DNA from: Octopus sinensis | Taxonomy: Eukaryota | Assembly: GCF_006345805.1 (NCBI RefSeq) | Contig: NC_043000.1 | Span: 59,148,001 to 59,212,000, forward strand | Direction: 5' to 3' | DNA length: 64,000 nt | Part shown: positions 34,870 to 48,089 of the stretch, in pieces | How positions within the stretch are numbered: the first letter of the stretch is position 1 | How the letters are laid out: each line of letters opens with the position of its first letter | Translations under genes and position numbers: made by a program | Notes under the pieces: generated by a model | What the model was told of the DNA's origin: nothing | The model's input: only the letters and a program-made list of their open reading frames with translations | Database searches by the model: none

Positions 34870-36260
34870 AATGATCCTTTCTACTAAAGGATCAAAAAGC
34901 AACATGCTCAAAGGCACAATGCAACCCAGTACTTATTTCATTGACACCAAAAGGATGGAAAGCAAGGTAAACCTTGGCAGAAGTTGAAGTCAGAACATAA
35001 AAATGGATGAAATGTTGCTAAGGATGAAAGGCAAAATCGATCTTGGTGTAATTTGAACTCAGAATGTAAAGATGGACAAAATGCCACCAAGCATTTTGCT
35101 TGGTATGCTAACAATTCTGCCAGCTTGCTGCTTTAATAATAATAATAATAATAATAATAATCCTTTCTGTTATAAGCACAGGGTCTGAAATTTTTTTTTT
35201 AGGGGGCGCATTCGATTATATCAACTCTAGTATGCAACTGGTACTTAATTTATCGACCCCGAAAGGATGAAAGGCAAAGTTGACCTTGACAGCATTTGAA
35301 CTCAGATTGCAATGATGGATGAAATGCTGCTCCACTAAGCATTTTGCCTGACATGCTGATAATTCTGCCAGCTTGCTGCCTTTAAAATGATTGTTTTCTA
35401 ATATAGGTACAAGACCTGAAATTTTTAGGAGAGGGGCTGCACAGAAGTTAAGCTGATATTTTTAAACACAGTACTTGATATGTTATCTCATCAACCCTAG
35501 AGGGATGAAAGGCAAGTTGATCTCAATGGAATTTGAACTCAGAATTTAAAGAGATGCAAGAAATACTGCAAGGCATTTTATTCAATAATCTAATAATTCT
35601 GCCCATCCATTGCTTTGGGATTTGAACTCAGAACATAGAGAGTTGACAGGTATACTACAAGGCACTATATCCACTGCTCTAACAATGTTGTTAGTGCAGT
35701 ATCTTTCTTCTGTTTTGAGCCTGCAGGTTTCCTCAGGCTGGAATTCATTCAGATTTTCAAGGTGTTTGGGCAGAATATACAAAACTTTCTTTTGAATGGG
35801 ATACCAGTCTTTTGCAGGGTTAACCCATATGTGCTACTGGTACAGATTTCCAGCTGAGTGTACTGGAACAACATGCTCAAGGACTCAAAGCAACCCAGTC
35901 TGTGATGAGAACCCACAACTTCACTGCTGTGTGCCCAGCATCCAAACTACTAGGCCATGAGCCTTCACTGCCAAAAACATTGTTGAATAATAATATCCTT
36001 TCTACTATAGGCACAGGGCCTGAAATTTGGTGAGGTGCTAATTGATTACATTGACCCCCAGTACTTGACTGGTACTCATTTATTGGCCCTGAACAGGATT
36101 AAAAGCAAATTCAACCTTGGTGGAATTTGGACTTAGAACGTAAAGACGGATGAAATGCAGCCCAACTGGTACTTATTTAATTTACCATGAAAGGATGAAA
36201 AGCAAAGTTGGCCTCAATAGAATTTGAGCTTAGAATGTAAAGATAGACAAAATGCCACTA
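34870..36260 (-). mobile_element. Cluster of 4-5 diverged S1 SINE copies
   Basis: Repeated AAGGATG(A/G)AA.GCAA.GT..ACCT..G...AATTTGAACTCAG cores near 34950, 35030, 35260, 35500, 36100 and 36190. Confidence 0.8.
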
Positions 36261-37199
36261 TCACTTTGTACTTTACCACTTATATAACCTTTTTGATATA
36301 AATCATTTGAATTATTTATTTTAGCTCATTTTTAATTATAAGTTTTTGAATGTATCACATCTTGAAATATATCAAAGCAAGTGAAAATATCAACTGTCTT
36401 TTTCTTAAACATGGTGACATTATGCAGAAACTTGACAGATTATAATCTTTAGAGCAGTTTGAGAAGAATTAGTATTAGCAATTATTAACTCAAGTTTTTT
36501 CTTACATTTCTGAATGTTTAATGAAAATATGATTTTTTTTTTGTATTCCATTGTATGATAAAGGATTATAAGAGCTACTGAAATAAGCTTCTGAAATATA
36601 GAATTTGATTTAGTTTTTTTAAAATTTCTCTTTGGATATGCTATTGGAATGACTTTTATTTCTTACAGATTGTGGAAAGATGAAAGGCTGATAATTTTGG
36701 CAGGATTTATACTCAGAACTGAAGATATTTGAACTGATCACCTGTTGTTCAGTTTAGGTCAGTATTGTGACTTCAAATCACTATCTTGCCTAACCAGAAT
36801 TTTACCATCCCATTTCCTTTCAACAGATTGTGTATTGTTTATGGTATTTAAAAACAAAAAAATTGGTTCACCAGATTCTGTGTTACTTCACAGCATTTCC
36901 AAGTTCCAAATATAACAATTTAACAATACAACAAGGTTTTGGATGCACATCTAACATCGATAACTTTTTTTGTTAGTTAAAATGGTTTATGGTTAATTCT
37001 TCCACCACATATGAAACAGCATCATTAGACTTGTCAACATTACTATTTGCTAAGTGCAGGTTATTGGATAAAGGTTTATTTCAACATGTTTCAATGGTAA
37101 CTTTTCTCACTCTGTCATTATATAACTTTTTTTTTTTACCAACCTATTTGGTTACATTTACAGTTACCCAGTCATGCTCACTGATAGTCATTTACAAAG

Positions 37200-38600
37200 T
37201 TCTCTGTCTTTAATGGGGATAGATTGTTGGCCGATCTTTTAAAATACATTTTAGCCTTTACTCACTCTATGAATAGACAAGGTTGTGAGATATATCAGAT
37301 TTCAACTGAAGTTAAATGATAGACAATAAGGTTCTAGGTTTTAGACCAAATGCTGAACTAATGTGTAGTCTAAAAGTGTAAGATATGGATCATCTACTTA
37401 CAGTAGCAGTGATTTCAAAATTCCAATAGCTCTTTCTGATATGTGTCTAGGAGAGTGTGGGACCACTCTTTGCTTGAAGTGTTGTGCTCAAACTTCTCAA
37501 TATTGGAAAATACATTGAACAATTATCTGCTAAATTGCAAGTAGTTGTCTACCAGGTTTCACTGGAAGACCATGTCTTATAAACTGAAATTAACAGTGGT
37601 TTGTGATGTTTTGTTTTTTTGTGTCTGATGGTTCACTATATTCAGTGAACCCACTGTAGTAATTCACAAGAATGAAAAACTGAAAGTTCTTGTAAATGAA
37701 ACAAATCTGCTCTAACTGTTGGTCCTAGTAATTCCAGTACTGGTATTGATTCAAGCATCTCTTCTTTACTGGCTTCTCTGATGCTGTATACCCATACCAC
37801 ATTTGTCAACCAGTTCAGTGATATCTGTTGATATCCTAGGCCAATACATTAATTCTCTTTCTCTAGGTACTGCAAGTCATCTAAATAAATTAAGCATTTG
37901 TTGTTTTGTTACCAGAAGAACAATAATTTTGTATTTGTTGACTAATATTTCCCTGGACATGTGTTAATTTATCTTTGCAGTCCCTGAAACTTGTAATAAC
38001 CTCTGGTAATAGACAGTGTTTTTCGGGTCAGTCCTGTTCTAGAATTTGTACTTATTCAGCCAGTTAATTATCATTAGCAGTCTCGGCTTTCATTTCTGCA
38101 ATTTTTGTGTCATTCATCATTGATTTAAAATTGATTTGTTGGTGATAAATCAATTTTAAATCAAGTTTGTCTTATGAGTGAAAGACCAGTGTATTTGCAG
38201 TTATCACTTTGTACATATTTTGATGTGCAGTCATACTTGCACAGTCTATACCTAATTTTCTGCAACCCTGGAAGGAACTTGTAAGGAGTTTGTGCAGAAT
38301 ATTTAGAAGGGTTTATTGTCTGTCTCTCCTACGAATGAAAAACTATACACATGCTTGTGAAAAGTCTCGGCCCCCAAAACTACTGGGCTTAGCTCTTTTT
38401 AAAAAAATTTTTTGATGCTTATACAGTTGGATAGTTTGCTTGTTGTGAAACTGTGCCAACTGTGAATTTACTTTCATAGTACAGACTTTATTATGTCAAA
38501 GTGAAATAGTAATAGTTATTCTGGTTCAAACATTTTTTGCTCAACTTTAGCCTGTTGTCATGCTTTTGATCTTCTGTAAACTTTCTCAGAGGTTCTCATT
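37200..38600 (-). pseudogene. Decayed Ty3/gypsy pol (RNase H and integrase)
   Basis: Minus-strand ETDNKP (RNase H), RELMYWPRI..DI..LV.KC, VRADLFHL, RHGLP and SERAIGILKSLL, with many stop codons. Confidence 0.7.
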
Positions 38601-38619
38601 TTCACAGATGTAGAATAAT

Positions 38620-39081
38620 CTTGACCAGGTATGTCACCATGTTTAATAATCTGACTCCACTGGAATCAGTAAACAGTTGTATGAATAGCATCGAGAGTTA
38701 CACAGGTACTAGAACTGGGCACCACTGTATAGTGTCAAAGACTCCAAATTTGCCATCAAGATGTAGGACAAGATACTGCAATAGCCTAGGCTTCAGAGGT
38801 CCACAGCTCTTCAATATCCTCCCGAAGGACCTGAGAGACCTGCATGGGGTGGATGTAAGTGTCTTCACAATAAAGCTGGACCTCTTCCTGTAAGGTGTCC
38901 CAGATGAACCAACTTCGCGGCAGGAGGTGCAAATGAGGGCAGCTGCATCAAACTCTCTCATGCACCAAATGTCAATTGCTAAAAAGCATTCGTGAAGTAA
39001 AATTATGTAGCAACACCAAATGGCGGTGCCCCAACATGGCCACAGCTAGTGAGTTGAAACTAGATGAAAAAAAAAAAAAAT
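38620..39081 (+). mobile_element. 3' fragment of a CR1/L2-group LINE with an A-rich tail
   Basis: GPQLFNILPKDLRDLHGVDVSVF..KLDLFL..VPDEP motif, then GGCGGTGCCCCAACATGGCCACAG and a poly(A) run. Confidence 0.7.
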
Positions 39082-42000
39082 AGTTGCAGTTTTACTACTT
39101 TGGTTAGCAGATATTCAACATATTTTACTCATGTAACTCATAGCTAAGTTTCTTTGAATTCAAGTTTTAACCGCTGTCTCTATATTGTAAAATACCTTGT
39201 AAACATTTGCAGTGTTCAACCTTTGATTCATAAAACATCATTATATTGTCTATAACCACAAATACACATTGCATACTTTCAAACAAATGTTCCAAAGTTG
39301 CTTGGAACAACCCAGAAGTTGATTTCACTTTGAAAGGAAAACTGTTGTTAGCAAATCTTGCCTATGGAATTGAATGATATTAATTTGCTACTCTTCTTCA
39401 TTTATTAGATAAGATATCTGTGCTTTCAATACTGTGAAATCTTAGGAGATGGCATTTTAACTGAAGCTTGCAAAATTGTATATTTGAAGTAATATTTATT
39501 TTAAGTATCTCAGTTAAAATCTATTGAATCAAGGCTTATGCACACTGTATTATAGTATTTCTTTGGATTTTAGTTATTGTGTCACAGCTTTTCTTAATGC
39601 TTCTGGAATGCTGCAAAGACACCGGCAAATTTTTTCTAATACATTTTTGAGACTTTGTGTTTTCTGTTTTAAGTTCTTTCAACCTTTTGAAGTAATTCAA
39701 GACTTGTACAATTTTAACTCCAGTCACTGGTTTCTTAAATTAGACACATTTGCTATGAAGTGCATAAAAACAGTGCAGTCTCTGTACTTATACCACTGGT
39801 CATTCTACAAGTGTCACTATATGATCTGAAAAGAGGTTTTTATTCTATATTCGTTATGACTTTCAATAGCTGTTCAGAAATTGTCAATGGTAACATTGCA
39901 TTATGCATATGTGCCTAACACAACCTCATGTTTAATACTTTTAACTGGCACTATGCACACCCATCAAGTGTTGTCTCTGTCTAGTATGTCAATAAACATT
40001 GTATCTGTTTTCTTAGGATAATTAAATTATTTGATTTTATGTTTATTTTTTGGCGGAGCAGCATACACAAAATAGCCTGAGTTATCACATTTATAATACT
40101 CTTTGTGATGTAAAGGACAAAACTGAACTCCATATCTATGACCTGCACTAATTTTTCTTCTTTTTTTTCTTTTATATACGTATTTGGGGCTTTCTGACAG
40201 CTTTGTATTTACAACATCTGTGAATACTGGCATATTCAAAAGCAACTACCTTGGGCTTCTGTTGCTTCCTTTTGGCTCTTCATTACAATAGCTACAGCTT
40301 TAACCAGTTCAAAATGATGAGTTTCCTTAAATTTGCATCTTAATGAGATATCATCCAGACTAAGGGTCAATGTATGCAAAAGCAATTGGCCAGTCAAATT
40401 GCTAAACTAACATATATATGGAGTTCAGTCTGTTTCCTCAGATCTATTGGATATTCATCAATATCTCTATCATGCTCTTCAGAGTAAAGGAACCTGTCCC
40501 TAGCATCAAAGAGATGAATTTTAGGAGCACAGAAATTGTCAACATTATCTCTGGCATTCTCATGCATATTTTCACTAAGGCCTTTTAATATTTGAAATTG
40601 CCCCAAGTATCCTTATCTTGTTTACTAACAATGTGTAATAATAATGCAATTTTAATTTTTATCAGCTGACTCATTCTTCTCACTAACCATCAGAAACTCT
40701 AAAATCCTCCTGCAATAAGTGCTATTTGTCAGGCAAGTTAATATCAGAGAAAGGGTTAGATGCCAAGAGTTGATATTTACCTATTTGATAATATTCATTA
40801 ACAGTCATTAAAGTACATCAGCAAGATTGGAATTCATTTGTGACTCTCTATTAACCACATTACTAACAATGAAAATAGGATCATCAAAAAACTATTAGCA
40901 CATGTAATATATGTATTGATGAAGTCACCAATTCAATTCAACCAATATTCCTGGCACCATATTCTAACTGGGTTAGTATATGGCAATAATTTAAGTAACA
41001 CATCAGATTGTTCACCTTTTTTCTTAAATTGTATGTAGCAAACTCATTTTATTTTGCCCAGGTTTTCTGTGTGCGTATATATTATACAGCATGTGTAAGG
41101 GAAGACAACTTTATTACAAGGAAGACCACTTGCTAATGGTTATTCAGTCAGTTGTGGGTTTAAGAGAACATGGCAAGATTAGTTGCTTACATGGTCCTTC
41201 ATTGGCTGAGCGTTTGAATTTCATTGATACAGTTTTACTAAATCTACCCATCAGTCTCTTCTGTAAGATGCTACTGATGTGAAGTATCATGGCTATTGTC
41301 ATTATTAAATATAGTACTCGCCTAAGATATATAGGCAAGATGTTCTAGTCTATCAAAAAAATGGGTGAGTGTAGTAACTTTCAATGTAGCAGTGAACAGT
41401 TTTCTTCTTCACCAAAAATGATGAGGGAGCTTCTAAATGATCATTTGTCAACTAGAAATAACAGCCAAATCTATCCTAAACTACATCCATTGGCTTACAA
41501 AAAGACAGGATACATTAGATAATTTTTCTTAGCAACCACCAAACTACATATTATGATACCTGTTTTCTGCAAACCAGCTAAACTGCATACTCTTTCCATC
41601 CAGGCTTTTTCTGACACATCCATTTCTCCTCTCCTCATTCCCATCATGCCTCATTTTCTAGTTCTTTTGTTAAACACATTACTCATTACAATCTTTCAGA
41701 ACTAGCCTTATGGAAGTCACTTTCAGCCCACATTTTACCCTTTAGACACTTATGTACAGATATTCAGACTGAAATAAAGTGCATTTTTCTGACTAGTTCA
41801 AGAGAGGGCCTTCAACAGTTGTAAGTCATGGGCATTGACCCTCATTTAACTTATTCATAAAGAAAATATTGAAATTGTTGTTTTAGATGGTTGAGTTTTA
41901 TTGAGGACAAGTTACAATTTTGATATTTTCAGATTTTTGCATAACATGGTATAGAGTTGAACATTAAATGATCGTGAGTTCATTGTAAAACAAATTTATT

Positions 42001-43076
42001 CATCATTGGGTAACTGTAGTTAATATCATAAAATAGTTATTTCTGAGGATATTGATTACAGTTATAATTTGCTAACGTAAAATAATTAAATTAACTGGAG
42101 TATTAAAAATTTTTCATTATCATTTAAAATTGCTAATGAATTTAAGATTTATTCTTGTATGAAAAATATGATTTTGGCAGAATGAGCACTATTTAACCTA
42201 TCTGTTTACAAAACTAATGGGCTAAATAGTGACCAATATAACAATGTTGCAGGATTTCTAACAAAAGGCTGTCTATGATTCAAGGCTATGGAAAGGAGTT
42301 TTCACATTTATGGAAATATATGCAGATAAAAAGATATCATTTGTATACAGTACAGGTTCAGAATAGCATAGGTATCTCTCAAATTTCTGTTAGCTGTCTC
42401 AGGAATTTAACTGAATTAGTTTGTCTCTTGATTAATTTTATCTGATGTTTTTAATTATGTCTGCATATAATATGTAAAAATTAATATTTAAATTGTGATA
42501 TATTAGGTGCCATGTTAATGGTCATTATATTGACCAGATTATCAGATGTTATACACCACTGGTTCAATGCACTTCCTCACATTGTTGTAGCTTCTGAATG
42601 ATGCCACCCTTCTGGCTAGGCAGACAGGCAGGCAAATGTTCACCCTTAACAAGATGCCAGTCTGTTACAGAGTTACCCATTTACAACAGAGTGAACTGGC
42701 GCTACAGGAGCTGAAGTGTTTTGCTATAAAAAAAAATGCAAGGCACTGTTAGTCTGGGAATTGAAACCATAATCTTGTGAATGTGTGTGCAACACTCTCA
42801 CCAATTAATCATGCACTTTCACTTTTATTAATATTTTTATGTATTAATGATATCTATCAACAATTAATTACACAATGTAACACATGTTTTGTTTATTTGT
42901 ATTTTTTAATGTTCATATATGCATTTTTTGCCACTAAATTTAAAAAATCACATTCGTTTTGACGTAACATCGATAGTTATTTATTTATTCCTAATTTCAT
43001 ATTTGCTCATTATATGTGTAAGTTTTCTCTACAGCACATTGTTAGTTCAATCTATTCTAGTATTGTAAAGGATAAT

Positions 43077-45062
43077 CACACAACATTTAATACTTTTTCA
43101 TATATTGAAAGGTATTTAGGAAGTATAATATTAGTTAGAACAAAAAGAAACAATAAAACCCTGCACTGTAAATGCCTTGATAATTCTTTTCTTAAGATGA
43201 GAAGTGCTTTGATGATCGAGATTCTCTGGAGTGTATATCTTCATTTCTTCTGACTAGAGACCATATATAATCTGCCATCATAGCAGTATCCCATCGTCCT
43301 TGGTATCTTCTTTCCATAATTCGATGTCCTGACGAAATCTCTCACCATGCTCCTCACTGACATCACCCAAGTTTTCGGGGAAAAAATCTAGGTGAGAGTG
43401 CAAAAAAGGAACCTTTAAGGACATTCAATAACCCATTTTCTTGAAGTTTTCAATAAACTTAGCTACCAGCTGTTTGTAATTAGGATCTTTGTGATTTCCT
43501 AGGAATCCACGAACTACATCACAAAATGCACACCAAGCTTCTTTTTCAGCTTTTGTCATCACTCTTTCCAGTTTCTTCTAATTTAACATTGCATTTACTT
43601 GGGGCTCAACAAATATGCCACCCTTAATCTTAGCCTCAGATAGCTTTGGAAACATAAGACAAATTTCTTGAAAAGCTTCTCTATAATCTCAGGCCTTCAC
43701 AAACTGTTTCACCAATCCGAGTTTGATATGAAGTGGGGGTAATAAGATTTTATTGGAATCTACTAGAGGCTGTTTGAGAACTTTTAATATTCCTGGCTGC
43801 AGTTCCACTTGTGGGGGCCAATGTACTCTCTTGTAATGATGATCATCAGCTCTGCTGTCCCATAAGCAAAGGAAACATGAATACTTTGTGTATCCCCCTT
43901 GCAAGCCAAGCAAGAAGGCAAGCATCTTGAAATCACCACAAACATCCCACTTGAACTCAGCGTAATTTATTTTGTCGAGAAGTTCTTTGATATTATCGTA
44001 ATTTTCTTTCTTCTGTATGGAGTGTGCAAGGGGCTAAGAAGGATATTTATTTCTATTGTGGAGCAACACTGCTTTGAGAATTTGTGTTGAGCTATCTATG
44101 AACAGTCGCCATTCTGCAGTAAACAAACCAATCACACCTTTACAATAATATATTAATATTTTCATAGTAAATTTGAAATTCTTCATCACGTTTCCAGTAC
44201 ACATATGTCTTGCAGTCTTCCCCCAGTAGATTCCATTCCTTCAGCCTTGATGAAAGAAGTTCAGCTCCTGACTTAGACCCAGATCCCTGATAAAATCATC
44301 TAGCTCACTCTGATTTGGAAAATGAGGTTTCGAAGTTCTTGATACTAAAACTTCCTCCATTTCTTGGCTGCTGCTACTTGTTGACTCTTCAGATGAAATA
44401 TTTTCTGGTGGTAGTGGTACTCGTAAACTGTCATGTGGGACAGGTGCTCTAGATGATGGTATGTCTGGATACTGAAGAGCTTGTCTTCCTTTCACTTTTC
44501 TGTACTTTGTCACATTGATCATACAAAAGTAACAGTCATCGTGATGGTTCTTTGGCTTTCTCCATACCCTTGGAATGACAAAAGGCATTGACCTTCCTGT
44601 ACCGCTTAACCATCCTTCTAGAGTAGATTGACAGCTTCTACATATCACATGTGGGGCCCATAGTTTGTCCTGGTCACCCATGGGCATTCTGAAATGGGGT
44701 TTGTACGCTATCCACAATTTGGCACTTTTCATGATCTTATGTAATACCTCCTTTTTTCCAATATAATAACCACACATATCAAAATGTATCTGGAGAATTT
44801 TTACATACTCTAGTAGCCATCCTGAAAGTAGCAGAACTTAGTAATTGGTCTGAAAGAGAAAATTAGACATACATTTAGTAGCGGAGCATTATAATAATAC
44901 TGAATATAATATAAAATGGAAAGTTGACTGTTGATGAAACATAAAAATAATTTCATTTTTGGAATCAGCAGAAAAAATGGATTGATAAACAATACCCTTG
45001 AAAAATTATTACTAATTTATCCGGAATAGATTAAAAATGTGTTCAACTTGAAATATTGTGTG
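43077..45062 (-). mobile_element. Chapaev3-like (CMC superfamily) DNA transposon relic
   Basis: GDQDKLWAPHVIC, WRKPKNHHDDCYFC, LLGLQGGYTKYSCFLCLWDSR, LLPPLHIKLGL and HLDFFPENLGDVSEEHGERF motifs. Tentative termini CACACAA(C/T)ATTT; the ends and the superfamily call come from recall. Confidence 0.6.
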
Positions 45063-46325
45063 ACAGTATGATTAATATTTTATTGAAATTATTGTAGGTC
45101 AATATTTAGTTAGAAGACCTTGGCAGAGTTTGCTTTTCTTAGTGTTACGAACATGAAAGAAAATTTTGATTCAACATTCATGTGACACGAACATCATTCC
45201 ATGCATTCGAAATAAAAAAAGAAAAAGGGAATAAAAAAACTAAGTCCTTTTTAAAACAAAAAGAAAGAGAAAGATAAAAAAAAAATTTGGATTGTCCATG
45301 CTGTGAGAAAAAGAAAGAAGGAAAAAAATAGCCTTTAAAAAGGGCAGTGGACAGAGAAAACTCATGAGAACATGCGAAATGAGGAGAGTGCTGATCTGAT
45401 ATCAGGAGAGGTTGGATTCATCATTAGTGAATGTATATTGAGCATCAACTGGACTGTTACTGGTGATTATTTGTGTATATTCTATTCACTTTTCTGGATA
45501 TATTATAGTGTGAACATTCAAAACAGGCCAGCAATATTAATGATTATCATTTCCTTGTGGAATAACATTTGTATTGTATAATATTGTATATTTTGTACCT
45601 TATTAAGTGTTATTGTAGTAAATTTCCAAGTAGCATTTTAACTTTAATCTGTGTTTGTTTTCTTTAAATCTTGAATGTAACATTAGACATATGTAAGGGT
45701 AGTGTTTAATAAAAATGAGTATTCATCACTAAGTAACCTACAGAAAGAAAAATTGCTGTAGCATGTATGGAATTGTTATTATTTAATCTCAGGTCAACCC
45801 TTATTGAACAGATCTATTGCCAAAATCATTCTAGCATTATCCAATGTGTCCTTAAAAAAAATGACTGTGATTTTGGGGGAAATTTAGATGCTGTTTGCTA
45901 ATTGAACAATCATATAAGCTTTTGATTGGTATGTTTCTATTTTCTGTTTTTGGAAGTTTAAAACAGTGTATTTCCTCTTGTTTTATGTGTATTTATAATT
46001 ACTGTACTATGCATTTTTTGTTGAAGAAAACCTATTATTTTGTGTGTGAATATCTGAAATTGAATAGTATCTATTGAATGACTTATTGGTATTTATTTAT
46101 TGTTTTTTTCAGAACTCACAAGTGAAGACAGCTTATATCAATAGATTTCCAGTTTTATGGAATATGTTTGAATTTCACAATATTGTATGAAAAAAAAAAA
46201 TCCTAGTTACAAACTAAGAATTAATGTTATGGGATTACACAGTTCAGTCAAGATCATTTTCTTCTTAATAAAAAAGAAAAGACTGAGAGTTTGTCAATTG
46301 TAATTACATTTGTGAAAAATTGATT

Positions 46326-46411
46326 AAATTGAAGACCCTAGTTCTAAAAGTGCTTTAGTCACACGCAAATTAATGTGACTTAAGCACTTTTAGCAATAGG
46401 GTCTTCAATTT
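46326..46411 (+). other. 86-nt hairpin (38-bp stem, 35/38 Watson-Crick pairs, 10-nt loop) upstream of the zinc-finger ORF
   Basis: AAATTGAAGACCCTAGTTCTAAAAGTGCTTTAGTCACA-CGCAAATTAA-TGTGACTTAAGCACTTTTAGCAATAGGGTCTTCAATTT. Confidence 0.9.
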
Positions 46412-46465
46412 TTATTTAATGTAAAAAGATTGACCAAAAACCATCTACTGCATATTCGAGTGCAC

Positions 46466-47296
46466 ATGGAAATTTGCAATGGAAAAGATTCTTTTCACAG
46501 CGAATTTGAAGGAAAAGATTTACCCTTGAGATCACATGAGAAAAGTAATGAGAGATCATCAACAGAAGAATTACATTTTCATTGTGAGACATGTGGCAAA
46601 GACTTTTTAAGAAACATCAATCTTACAAGACATATGAAAATACACTCTGGGGAAAGGCCATTTTTCTGTGGGGTTTGTGGGAAAGACTTTCTAGAGAGCT
46701 CCAATTTAACTAAACATATGAGAGTACATACAGGAGAGAAACCTTTCCACTGTGAAATTTGTGGGAGGAATTTTTCTCACAGTTCTAATCTCACCCAACA
46801 TATGAGGACACATACTGGTGAAAGACCTTTCTCTTGTGGGGTTTGTGGGAGGGATTTTTCAGATGGTTCTACCCTCAACAAACATCTTAGGATACATACT
46901 GGGGTGAAACCTTTCCTCTGTGAAGTATGTGGCAAAGACTTTTCTCAAAATTCTTACCTCACACAACATCTCAGAACCCATACTGGGGAGCGACCCTTTC
47001 ATTGTGAGATATGTGAAAAGGATTTTTCTCAAAATTCACATCTAACAAAACACATGCGAATACACACTGGCGAAAGACCGTTTAGTTGTCAAATGTGTGG
47101 AAAGGGTTTTTCACAGAATTCCCATCTAACAAAGCATATGAGGACACATAACGAAGAAAAACCATTTCACTGCGAACTATGTGGGAAAAATTTTTCCCAT
47201 AATTCTAGCCTTAATGTACATATGAGATCACACACAGGAGATAAATCTTTTGAGTTTCAGATATGTGAAAAACTTTTCCAGATGGTTCCAATTTGA
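46466..47296 (+). CDS. C2H2 zinc-finger protein, 8 tandem fingers, single coding exon (276 aa from ATG 46466)
   Basis: Eight CxxC-x12-HxxxH units with TGE(R/K)PF-type linkers; putative acceptor TTTTTTCAG ending at 46112 suggests a spliced 5' UTR. Confidence 0.9.
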   Translation: MEICNGKDSFHSEFEGKDLPLRSHEKSNERSSTEELHFHCETCGKDFLRNINLTRHMKIHSGERPFFCGVCGKDFLESSNLTKHMRVHTGEKPFHCEICGRNFSHSSNLTQHMRTHTGERPFSCGVCGRDFSDGSTLNKHLRIHTGVKPFLCEVCGKDFSQNSYLTQHLRTHTGERPFHCEICEKDFSQNSHLTKHMRIHTGERPFSCQMCGKGFSQNSHLTKHMRTHNEEKPFHCELCGKNFSHNSSLNVHMRSHTGDKSFEFQICEKLFQMVPI

Positions 47297-48089
47297 ATGA
47301 TAAATGAACATGTGATTTTGTCAGGTTTTTGGAGATGAAAGTTGTACTTACAAATGTTTTGTTTGGGAGAGGTCTTTTTTTTTTTTTTAAATATTTGGAT
47401 TTTTTTTTCACTTATCCATTAAATTACACATGACAATACTTAGCACACATATATATGTTATTGTAAATCATGTTCAAAATAAAACATGCACATATGCACA
47501 TACATAATCTGTGTAAAGAGAGACTAACCAAACAAAACAAAAAAAAAAATTTAATGAAAAACATATACGCACACACTCAGCTGCTCACACACATTCTCAA
47601 AAGTGTAAATATACAATAATAAACCTTAGTATACTCAGGTTTAACAGACCAGGAGCAATGAGGTGATGCGCTCAAGGATATTGACAAAGGGACTCTTGAC
47701 AAATCAAATGATTGATTAATTGTTCAAATGTTTAGTTAAACAATCAATTAGTTAATTGGTTAATTAGTTAATTAATTTACTAGAAAAAATTAAAAGAAGT
47801 AAAATATAATGTGAGCATGCATTTTTATTGGCAAAATGAACCTCCCAAGATACAACATATTTTCATTTTATTATCAAATTATGGATGCTTAAGTTTTCTA
47901 TTGCTCAACACAAAAGATATATGAGCAATGTATTCTTTTGCTTTTTTCATTGTTAAAATGCATACAGAGTGCATCAGCTATTTGAGACCAAAATTTTAAT
48001 TTAAAGAAAACAAAAATTGTTTATTAGAAAAACAAATATATTTTCATAGAATTTGGTGAACATTCTTACATATATATAGCGAAAGGCTA

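Noticed and set aside
34870-36260. CRISPR-like regularly spaced repeats (also 51930-52742)
   Set aside because: These are long, diverged SINE copies with irregular spacing; there are no cas genes and the context is eukaryotic.
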